Assembly (NCBI GenBank): GCA_037138355.1 | Contig: JBAXIL010000003.1 | Coordinates: 13,065 to 77,064 of the forward strand | Direction: 5' to 3' | DNA: 64,000 bases | DNA from: a bacterium | GTDB lineage: Bacteria > Oederibacteriota > PGYV01 > Palsa-1178 | Shown here: positions 56,406 through 64,000 of the stretch, in pieces | Numbering within the stretch: the first letter of the stretch is position 1 | How the letters are laid out: each line of letters starts with the position of its first letter | Translations under genes and position numbers: made by a program | Notes under the pieces: model-generated | Told to the model about the DNA's origin: nothing | Seen by the model: the letters and a program-made list of their open reading frames with translations, nothing else | Databases searched by the model: none

Positions 56406-58748
56406 TTATTCCCCCGTAACTTTTTTTAGGAATATCTGATTTTCCTTCCCTGCCTGCATCATATAATATTCTTTTACAGAATCACCATTAGAATCAAAAG
56501 AAAAATTTCCTGTTGCCCCAGGATAATTTTTTACTGAAGCCATTGCATTTCTAAAATTTTCCCTGGAAGTAATCTGTCTGTTTATAATCGAACCAACAAT
56601 CATTAAAGCATCATAAGATGTGGCTGCTATTACTTCAGGAGTATTAGCATATTTATCTTTATATTTTTTTACAAATTCTGACACTGGCACTTCTACATCA
56701 TCAGGATAAAATTCCAATGGATAAATAATTCCTTCTACATTTTCCTTAAAGCTATCTATATAACCAGACGACATGGCAGAACTTCCAAAAACTGGTAAAT
56801 CAAAATCATAGAACTTCAACTGGTCTTTTATTAAAACCATTTTTCTGTCTGTTGCAGGAATATATAAAGCATCTATTGTTATTGGATTTTTTTTCGGATC
56901 TTTAATTTTTCTATAATCTAAAATCAGCTCATCTAATAATGCCTCATCTTTTACTGATATGGTTTGCAATGTAATACTAAATTTCAGATAATCATCTTCA
57001 GTAAAATTATAAACAATACTTGTATTTCCCGTTGCATCTGTCACAACATCAGGCATAAAATTAGCATAAATAGTATTAGATTTTTCCTCAACAATCTTTC
57101 CCCATATCAGCACATCGGCTCCCTGTTTTGAGGCTATATTTAGGGCTGTTTCTCTGTCCAAATCTTCAGCATCAACTCCCATAGAAACCATATCATCATC
57201 TACACTTTTTTGTTTAATCACTTCTGAAGCGCTTGATTTTGCTAAAGTATAACTTAGCTTATTTGTCATATCTTCGTCTATCAAAAGTCTCCTTATATTT
57301 TCCCCATGAGGAGACAAATGAACAAGACAAATACTAATATGTTTTATTTTCGGATCAGGTGTAGGTTTTGGTATAGCATTATCGTTTGGAGGTATTATAT
57401 TCATATAATCATATACTTTTGCCAGCATTTTTTTTCCTGCTGATTCCATTTGTTCATCAAGTTTCATTTTTTCTGTGGCATGTTTTTCTTTAAGCAGTAT
57501 TGTATTAATTCCTCCTAAAAGAACCATTTGGTCCTGAAAATCATTTACCTTTGGATCATACACAACCTGTTTTACTAAATTTCCGCCATGACTTTTTATT
57601 TTTTCTACAAATGAATCATTTAATATTTTTCCATAAGCATTATCGGAATATAAAGTAGCTATATTTCTAAAAGAAGTATTCTCCATAATATATTTGGCTG
57701 TAGAGTAAGCCTGTCCTTTGGCAGTTCCGCAATTTCTAAAGAAATACGAACTTTTCCCAGTTAAATCAGGCTGTCCAGCTGTTGAGGAAAAAAGCACAGT
57801 ATTATATTGATCCATTATCGGGATAAGAGTTTTAACTGTTTTAGAATAAAGTGGTCCCATAAAAGCTATTATACCTTGTGTATCTATGGCACTAATTACT
57901 TGTGCTTTAAGATCTGGGCTTTCTTCATCTATATAAATCAAGTTCAAAGTCATACCCGTCTTGTTTGTTTCATTATAGTCATCCATAGCTATGTCAAAGC
58001 CATTTTTAACCAAACTACCTATATCCATGGATTTACCAGTGAGGGGTATTATCACACCTATTTTATTTGCTTTTAATGGTTTATATTTTAAAGCCGCTTT
58101 ATAGTCGTCAGTTATTTCCTGATAGAAAAGACTATCCCTAAAATCAATTAAGAAAATATTTGCATTAAAATAAAATTCATCAAAACTATTCTCTGTATAA
58201 TCCATTTTGCACAAGTAATATATTGCGTATTCATCAATCATTTGATAAATATGTTTTGCGTATACATTTTTTAAATCTTCTTTTTTCATAGAAGCTATAG
58301 TTGCCTTAAGCCTATCGATTGCCACATCCTGAAAAACTGAGAACTGATGGCGTTTTTCAAGTAATAGCTTAAGCCTCTCGAGTCCTTTATCAATTTCATT
58401 TTGTTCAATATTTATATCAAACAATCTTACTACTGAAAGATAACCCATATCAGTATCGGAATAATATTTTTCATTAAATTCAAAATATTTTATAGCATCA
58501 GAATAATTTTTTTTATTGTAATAATATTGTCCTGACCAAAAGGTCCCGCGTGATCTCTCTATTGAATCTTTTCCATCCTGTGCTGTTTTTTTCCAATAAT
58601 CAAAATCCTCATCAGACACCTGTACGCTTTTATCTATTCCAGAGGCATTAGGTGTTATGGCAATTTTGGCGGTAGCACATCCAGACATGGAGTATGCCAA
58701 AATGCTTAAAATAAAAAACAATGTAAAGAATTTAATAATGTTTTTCAT
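56406..58748 (-). CDS. Lipoprotein with an N-terminal TPR-like helical region and a C-terminal periplasmic-binding-protein type I (LivK-like) domain carrying a large insertion. LpoA-like architecture.
   Basis: Lipobox YSMSGC. Helical repeats with W/Y-rich TPR-like segments. KIGVIIPLTGK...GIIAFMGPLYS and C-lobe ...ATSYDALMIV... of type I PBPs. 780 aa. Confidence 0.55.
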   Translation of the reverse strand: MKNIIKFFTLFFILSILAYSMSGCATAKIAITPNASGIDKSVQVSDEDFDYWKKTAQDGKDSIERSRGTFWSGQYYYNKKNYSDAIKYFEFNEKYYSDTDMGYLSVVRLFDINIEQNEIDKGLERLKLLLEKRHQFSVFQDVAIDRLKATIASMKKEDLKNVYAKHIYQMIDEYAIYYLCKMDYTENSFDEFYFNANIFLIDFRDSLFYQEITDDYKAALKYKPLKANKIGVIIPLTGKSMDIGSLVKNGFDIAMDDYNETNKTGMTLNLIYIDEESPDLKAQVISAIDTQGIIAFMGPLYSKTVKTLIPIMDQYNTVLFSSTAGQPDLTGKSSYFFRNCGTAKGQAYSTAKYIMENTSFRNIATLYSDNAYGKILNDSFVEKIKSHGGNLVKQVVYDPKVNDFQDQMVLLGGINTILLKEKHATEKMKLDEQMESAGKKMLAKVYDYMNIIPPNDNAIPKPTPDPKIKHISICLVHLSPHGENIRRLLIDEDMTNKLSYTLAKSSASEVIKQKSVDDDMVSMGVDAEDLDRETALNIASKQGADVLIWGKIVEEKSNTIYANFMPDVVTDATGNTSIVYNFTEDDYLKFSITLQTISVKDEALLDELILDYRKIKDPKKNPITIDALYIPATDRKMVLIKDQLKFYDFDLPVFGSSAMSSGYIDSFKENVEGIIYPLEFYPDDVEVPVSEFVKKYKDKYANTPEVIAATSYDALMIVGSIINRQITSRENFRNAMASVKNYPGATGNFSFDSNGDSVKEYYMMQAGKENQIFLKKVTGE

Positions 58749-58774
58749 GTTTTCCTTTTCATTTCTTTCAAAAT

Positions 58775-59704
58775 TTACTTAGAAGTATCTTGGTTTACTG
58801 TAACTTTATATTTATTTTTTAATTCGGTAATAGTACTTTCAAATAGTTGCTGTTGCTTTTTTGCCTTTATCATTTTGTTTATTTTATCTTTTGAATCATC
58901 ATATGAATATTTTTTTCTATCCAAAACTTTTATTATATGGTAACCATATACAGATTTTACAGGTTGTGATACTTCTCCGTCTGCTAAAGCAAAAGCTGTG
59001 TCTTCAAATTCTTGAACCATAACTCCTTTTGTAAAAGTTCCAAGATTTCCACCTTTTTCTTTGGTAGTAGTATCCTCAGAATATTTTTTTGCTATTTCAT
59101 CAAAGGCCTCACCGCCTATTATTCTTTTATATAAAGAATCAACAAGCTGTTTGTTTTTTATCAATATATGTTGTGCCTTTAGTTCAACAAAATCTCCTAT
59201 ATGGGCATCATAATAGTTTTTTGCATCTTTTTCTGATACTTGTGATTTTTTTTCTACATTATCTAAATAATACTGATGAGACAATAGCTCATCCATATCC
59301 CAATCATATTTAGCTTTTGTATCTGCTTTTTCTGTATACCCAAGTGACCGTGCTTCCATAGCCATCATTTTTTTATTTATTATATACTGTATAAACTCTT
59401 TTTCTTGTTCATCAGTCAGTTTGTAATCAAACTTTTGTTTCATATAATCAGTGATTACCTTAAACTTTTCTTTTGTTAGGACATAGTCTCCAATTGTGGC
59501 TATTGTCCTTTTATCAAGCTTTTTAAAATCTTCCCCTGCAAAAGAATCCATTTCCTGTTTGTCTGAATCACTTGCTGACGCTTGCATTTGTTCACTTGTG
59601 GTGAGTAAGCTGTTGTCTGGTTTCACTTGCGTAGTTGTTGTATCACAAGCCGACATAAATAAAATCACTGTAGCCACAGCAAAAATAATCATTAATTTTT
59701 TCAT
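58775..59704 (-). CDS. Parvulin-type peptidyl-prolyl cis-trans isomerase lipoprotein (SurA/PrsA-like).
   Basis: Lipobox LFMSAC. SurA-N-like helical domain. Parvulin domain (GGNLGTFTKGVMVQEFEDTAFAL...GYHIIKV). 309 aa. Confidence 0.8.
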   Translation of the reverse strand: MKKLMIIFAVATVILFMSACDTTTTQVKPDNSLLTTSEQMQASASDSDKQEMDSFAGEDFKKLDKRTIATIGDYVLTKEKFKVITDYMKQKFDYKLTDEQEKEFIQYIINKKMMAMEARSLGYTEKADTKAKYDWDMDELLSHQYYLDNVEKKSQVSEKDAKNYYDAHIGDFVELKAQHILIKNKQLVDSLYKRIIGGEAFDEIAKKYSEDTTTKEKGGNLGTFTKGVMVQEFEDTAFALADGEVSQPVKSVYGYHIIKVLDRKKYSYDDSKDKINKMIKAKKQQQLFESTITELKNKYKVTVNQDTSK

Positions 59705-59714
59705 TTTTCTCCTC

Positions 59715-61037
59715 TTATGCTTTATAATATTTTTTGTAATACATTAACGGATTAGGTTTTGTTTCGCACTCAGTTCCTATTAATATCTTAGATATCCTTT
59801 TTTCTCGTCTGGCTTCATGTAATCTTGTAATAATTTTATCCCTCAATTCATAAGGGTTCATAGGATTTATATAAACTTTTGTGCCCCCTTCAAAACCAGC
59901 CGGTGTATTTACCCTGAGCTTTATAAGAATATGTAAAGGCATTACATCTATGGAATCTTTTGGAGTATAGTACCACTCTTCATTAGTTGCTATCTGATTT
60001 GTGATTGCATGATGAACTGCATGAACTATATCCGAGAAGCCGCGTAATTCTTTGTCTGACATTTCGTATGGATAAACAGCTTCACTTTTTGAAAAAATTC
60101 CTATAGTTGGGAACCTGTGTCCTATGTCAGAAAATGCAATTGCATAATCATTTTCCGCCACCACCAGATTAAAATATGTCGCCATATTTGCTCCCATCTC
60201 ATTATATATGTTCGGGTTTTTTCTGATTAGATTTATTTCTCTTTCTATAGAAACGCCCCACTCATCTATAGCCACAAGTTGCTTATGAAGATGATCAAAA
60301 GATGCCCCTGCAGGTTTTAACCAATTTTGAAATATAGAAACATATCTGGCATATTTATTGTATGTATAAATATCCACAAGACCCTTAATAGTGAATTTTA
60401 GATATTGATAGTGTTCTTTTGGTGACATTTCACCTGAACTACACAGTTGAGTTTCAAATTCGGCATCTTTAATATAATGACTCCTGCCTACAATGAGTTC
60501 GTGTCCTCCAGCAAAAAAAGCATCCGACATATCAATCTTTTCTTTTTCTGAGACTTGCGTTGGATCCCTTCCCAAAAGTTGTAATTTCATATTGATTATA
60601 TGCATTACATGTTCATATCCAGCTTTGTCTGCAAGATAATCGTCTTTTCTTTTCTTTACATCTTCTGGATACTGATATCCAAAATTCTTTTTCCAATATT
60701 CCATAGTAACTATTTCAAAAAGGTTTGGAACGCGTCTAAATTCCGCCGTGGTCTGTCTAAGTATTCCTGGTTTTAAACCTTTGATTGCTACATACTTTCC
60801 ACCTATTTTTACAAGTCGTTCTTTTTCAGGTGGTGTATTTTCATATTTTTCCTCACAAAAATTACAATAATCTTCTTTTTTCTTTTTCTCTATTTTTTTT
60901 GCAGTAGTCGGTATAGAGTTTGTAATCGGTTTGCTCGCCCTTCCAGGAACTGTCCAAACTTCTGTTCCTGTAAATGGGTTAATTTGTTTTATAGTACCAT
61001 CTTGCATTCTGATAAAAAACTGATTGTAATTTGACAT
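59715..61037 (-). CDS. GalT-like HIT-superfamily nucleotidyltransferase (galactose-1-phosphate uridylyltransferase family).
   Basis: N-terminal INPFTGTEVWTVPGRASKP... with CxxC (CNFCEE). HxHxQ active-site motif (FDHLHKQLV). 440 aa. Confidence 0.65.
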   Translation of the reverse strand: MSNYNQFFIRMQDGTIKQINPFTGTEVWTVPGRASKPITNSIPTTAKKIEKKKKEDYCNFCEEKYENTPPEKERLVKIGGKYVAIKGLKPGILRQTTAEFRRVPNLFEIVTMEYWKKNFGYQYPEDVKKRKDDYLADKAGYEHVMHIINMKLQLLGRDPTQVSEKEKIDMSDAFFAGGHELIVGRSHYIKDAEFETQLCSSGEMSPKEHYQYLKFTIKGLVDIYTYNKYARYVSIFQNWLKPAGASFDHLHKQLVAIDEWGVSIEREINLIRKNPNIYNEMGANMATYFNLVVAENDYAIAFSDIGHRFPTIGIFSKSEAVYPYEMSDKELRGFSDIVHAVHHAITNQIATNEEWYYTPKDSIDVMPLHILIKLRVNTPAGFEGGTKVYINPMNPYELRDKIITRLHEARREKRISKILIGTECETKPNPLMYYKKYYKA

Positions 61038-61301
61038 AAATCCACCTCTTTCCTTATTATATTTCCTGCTGGATTAGTGAATAGTTTAAATTATATATGA
61101 TTTTAGGTTTTAAGTAAATAGATGAAATTGCTTTATAAATAGGCTATTATCTTGTTTTTTTATTAATAAACCTACCCTATAATCAGTAAATAGATCACAA
61201 CAGAAAGTTATTACATTAATGTTATATAAACATTTATGTATTGCTATTTTTCAGGCATTATTCTAAAATTAATTAGAAACATAAAATTAATGGGGTGTTA
61301 T

Positions 61302-63269
61302 TTGAAAAAACTAACAATAGCATCATTTCTAATAATAAGTTTTTACATGTATATCTTTGGTGCCGCCGACTTTGTCGGGACTACAAGTGCTAATTTTATC
61401 AAAATACCTCCATTTGCCCGTGCAGCAGCTATGGGCGAAGCTTTTACTGCAGTATCTGACGGTACCTACGGGCTTTATTATAATCCTGCCGGAATATCCT
61501 CGGTTTTAGGTTATGAAGTGCAGTTCTCACACATTAACTGGTTTCAAAATATACAGTATGAACATTTAGCGCTGGTTTGTCCTGTGCCTTTTACCGATAC
61601 TGGAAAACTCGGTTTTGCCATTTCCTTATTTCGCGTGGGAGATATGACTCGCACCACAGCATTAGCTTCTTATGATCCTTCTTACTTATCAACTATTGAC
61701 TGGTCCCAATTTTCAAATCGTTTTTCACCTTATGACTTGGGAATTACTATAGGTTATGCCATGGACATTAAAGATTATTTATCTGCTGGAATAACAATCA
61801 AATACATATCACAAAATATTGATACAAATTCTGGTTCAAACATTACTGCCGATATAGGTCTAATGTACAAACAATATTCAAATGGAAATTATCTGAGACT
61901 TGCCGTAGACATGTCAAACTTAGGAACAGAACTAAAAATGCATTTATTATCTTTTGAACCACCACAAATTTTTAAAGTAGGACTATCTGACGAATTTAAA
62001 ATTTGGACAGGCACTCTTTTGATATCATCTCAAGGGCTCATACAACCTGATTATGATCCATTATATTCTATTGGTTTTGAATATTGGTTTAACGAAATAT
62101 TTGCCATTCGTTTTGGTTATGAAACTGGAGCCTTTGACCGTCCTACTTTTGGCTTAGGCTTGCGTTACTGGGGCGCAGAAATAGATTATGCCTTCATTAA
62201 CTACGATGAACTTGGCCCGACACACAGATTTTCAGTTTTATATGCTTGGGGCACACCTTCTGCCAAACTTAAAGTTTACCCAACTATTTTTTCTCCTAAC
62301 AATGATAAATTTTTGGATACCACTGTCTTTACACCAGTGCTTAAATTGCAAGAAAAATTACGCTCAGTGAAGCTTAATATTTATGGAACGGATGGTTTTA
62401 CTTTACTTGCTAAATTTCCACTAAAAGATAAATTACAAAAATCAATTCTCTGGGGAGGAATGGTTACAGGAAAAACACTTCCTGATGGAGTTTATCAAGC
62501 AAGTATCACTGCCGAATATGATAACGGCACTACTGATTCAAACAAGGTTCCAATAGAAATAGACAATACTCCTCCTGAAATACGCGTGGATGCTGACCCA
62601 AAACTACTTAAACCAAATCAAAAAGACGCCCTCATAGTACCTGCCACCTTTACCTTCTTTTCACAGGACAGAAATAAAGTAGTCAAATGGCAATTTGTTA
62701 TTTGGGATTATAATAAAAAATTATTTAACACTATACACGGAGACGGAGAACCCCCTCTGTCATATATATGGGATGGAAAAGGACTAAATAATCAATACAT
62801 TCAAACAGGTGAAGTTTACTACTATAGTTTCATAACTTTTGACTCTGTAGGTAATAAAGCCCAAACCAAAGTAGAAGCCATAGTAGTTTTGCTTAAAGAA
62901 ATAAAACTTACCTTTTCTTCAGATGCCCTTTTTGATCTCGGTAAAGCAGATGTTAAAATTTCCGCCTACTCGGTTTTAAAGACCATAAAAAATGTTATCG
63001 ATAAAAATCCTGAATCAGATATTGTAGTCGCTGGATATACCGATAATAGTCCTCTGCTTGGCCTAAAATATCGTGACAATACTGAACTTTCTAAAGCCCG
63101 TGCGGATGCTGTAAAGTTTTTTATGGTAAACCTACTCGGATATGAAGAAAAAAGGATAAAAACTCAAGGGTATGGGGAGCTCAATCCTATAGCGGATAAC
63201 GGAACAGTTGAAGGTCGTTTAAAAAATAGACGAGTTGAGATAATTATTCAAAGCACCATTTATAAATAA
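61302..63269 (+). CDS. Outer-membrane fusion protein: PorV/UPF0164-like FadL-type beta-barrel, two FlgD-Ig-like (T9SS-CTD-related) domains, and a C-terminal OmpA peptidoglycan-binding domain. Start most likely the TTG at 61302 (MKKLTIASFLIISFYMYIFGA/ADF); the alternative ATG is at 61290.
   Basis: Barrel signature FIKIPPFARAAAMGEAFTAVSDGTYGLYYNPAGI. Ig-like segments starting IFSPNNDKFLDT... and a second copy (ATFTFFSQDRNKVV...). OmpA domain (AGYTDNSPL...LSKARADAV...NRRVEI). Confidence 0.68.
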   Translation: MKKLTIASFLIISFYMYIFGAADFVGTTSANFIKIPPFARAAAMGEAFTAVSDGTYGLYYNPAGISSVLGYEVQFSHINWFQNIQYEHLALVCPVPFTDTGKLGFAISLFRVGDMTRTTALASYDPSYLSTIDWSQFSNRFSPYDLGITIGYAMDIKDYLSAGITIKYISQNIDTNSGSNITADIGLMYKQYSNGNYLRLAVDMSNLGTELKMHLLSFEPPQIFKVGLSDEFKIWTGTLLISSQGLIQPDYDPLYSIGFEYWFNEIFAIRFGYETGAFDRPTFGLGLRYWGAEIDYAFINYDELGPTHRFSVLYAWGTPSAKLKVYPTIFSPNNDKFLDTTVFTPVLKLQEKLRSVKLNIYGTDGFTLLAKFPLKDKLQKSILWGGMVTGKTLPDGVYQASITAEYDNGTTDSNKVPIEIDNTPPEIRVDADPKLLKPNQKDALIVPATFTFFSQDRNKVVKWQFVIWDYNKKLFNTIHGDGEPPLSYIWDGKGLNNQYIQTGEVYYYSFITFDSVGNKAQTKVEAIVVLLKEIKLTFSSDALFDLGKADVKISAYSVLKTIKNVIDKNPESDIVVAGYTDNSPLLGLKYRDNTELSKARADAVKFFMVNLLGYEEKRIKTQGYGELNPIADNGTVEGRLKNRRVEIIIQSTIYK

Positions 63270-63311
63270 AATATTATTTTAATTTTTGAGTTTATCCTTA
63301 TCTAATGTAAA

Positions 63312-64000
63312 TTACTTTATTTTTCTAATTTCAACTCTTCTTATCTTCCCACTAATTGTTTTTGGTAATTCTTTCACAAACTCTATTATGCGTGGATATT
63401 TATATGGAGCGGTTACTTTTTTTACATGCTCCTGCAAGGTTTTTACAAGTTCCTCCGAAGCAATATAATTTTTCGTCAATACTATTGTAGCTTTTACCAC
63501 CAATCCGCGCTCTTCGTCTGGCTCTGCTGTTATCGCACATTCCAACACTGCTGGATGTTCTAAAAGTGCACTCTCTATTTCAAAAGGACCTATGCGGTAG
63601 CCCGAACTTTTAAAACAATCATCAGCCCTGCCAACAAACCAATAATAACCATCTTCATCCTTAAATGCCACATCTCCGGTATAATACATACCATCATGCC
63701 ATGCTTTTTGTGTAAGTTTCTCATCCTTATAATATTCATCAAACATACCTGCTGGTTTATGCTTCGCGGTTCTTATTATTATCTGACCTTCTTCCCCAGC
63801 TTCGCAGGTTTGTCCTTGTTCATCAACTATATCTACATCATATCCTGGCGAGGGTTTTCCCATAGAGCCAGGCTTTGGTACTATCCACGGATAAGTAGCA
63901 ACTGCGATAACAGTTTCGGTCTGTCCAAAACCTTCCATAAGTTTTAGTCCTGTCATTTTTAGAAACTGATTATATACTTCTGGATTAAGGGGTTCACCAG
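63312..64000 (-). CDS. AMP-dependent synthetase/ligase (acyl- or aryl-CoA synthetase family), C-terminal portion. The gene continues beyond the window end.
   Basis: [41 protein letters not shown] (A8 motif/hinge region) and [10 protein letters not shown] (A10 lysine). The reading frame stays open to the window edge. Confidence 0.8.
   Translation of the reverse strand, partial: GEPLNPEVYNQFLKMTGLKLMEGFGQTETVIAVATYPWIVPKPGSMGKPSPGYDVDIVDEQGQTCEAGEEGQIIIRTAKHKPAGMFDEYYKDEKLTQKAWHDGMYYTGDVAFKDEDGYYWFVGRADDCFKSSGYRIGPFEIESALLEHPAVLECAITAEPDEERGLVVKATIVLTKNYIASEELVKTLQEHVKKVTAPYKYPRIIEFVKELPKTISGKIRRVEIRKIK

Noticed and set aside
1-64000. Search for CRISPR arrays, tRNA/rRNA genes, IS elements, integrases and phage genes.
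   Set aside because: No regularly spaced direct repeats and no GC-rich cloverleaf-like islands (e.g. GGTTCGAAT T-loop boxes). No transposase, integrase or recombinase-like ORFs were seen. The window appears to be core chromosome with accessory envelope and efflux functions rather than a mobile island.

Overview
This 64 kb window is AT-rich (roughly one-third GC) chromosomal DNA from a diderm (Gram-negative-type) bacterium. The diderm call rests on a TolC-like outer membrane factor, an AcrB-type RND pump, a PorV-like beta-barrel, OmpA domains and SurA/LpoA-like lipoproteins. Coding density is high and most genes lie on the minus strand; that includes a roughly 27 kb co-directional array from 63956 down to 36311.

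Recognisable housekeeping genes are uvrC (N-terminus only, 1..152, missed by the ORF track), a DEAD-box helicase, uvrB, hup, pyk, nadE, dgt, pcrA, glmS, rsmA/ksgA, pdxA, hisS, rlmI-like and queH. There is an Rrf2-headed direct-sulfhydrylation methionine/cysteine block (rrf2-metY-cysK-metX-metW). There are two tandem paralogous MarR-controlled RND efflux operons and a divergent MarR-EmrA-EmrB (DHA2 MFS) operon. A CDF transporter and MntP are also present.

No rRNA, tRNA, CRISPR array, transposase or integrase was recognised. Five intrinsic terminators and several sigma70-like promoters with candidate operator palindromes are visible.

Candidates for something undescribed, in order of interest:
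1. A tightly packed minus-strand operon (50075 down to 43526, possibly extending to 42705). It combines a UDP-xylose-synthase-like decarboxylase, a YfhO-family GT-C glycosyltransferase, a polyprenol-phosphate GT2, a GalE-like epimerase, a SAM methyltransferase and a FabD-fold protein whose GHSxG serine nucleophile is replaced (GYKAG). An MntP Mn exporter and a small HTH protein sit directly downstream. This is consistent with an ArnA/ArnC/ArnT-like lipid-linked pentose envelope-glycosylation system with unexplained accessory components.
2. A three-gene plus-strand operon (33853..36286): lipoprotein, UbiA-family prenyl-phosphate phosphoribosyltransferase-like protein (DPPR-synthase-like motif NDxxDxxxDRxHPxKRxRPIA) and FruK/LacC-type kinase, the latter two translationally coupled.
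3. A three-part outer membrane protein (61302..63269): PorV/UPF0164-like barrel, two FlgD-Ig-like domains and an OmpA peptidoglycan anchor.
4. A cluster of small Sec-secreted, Lys/Ala/Val/Thr-rich cationic proteins (32606..33538).
5. A secreted clan GH-A glycosidase next to an uncharacterised 547-aa protein carrying a CxCxxC motif.

All functional calls come from motif recognition by eye. No database search was run.
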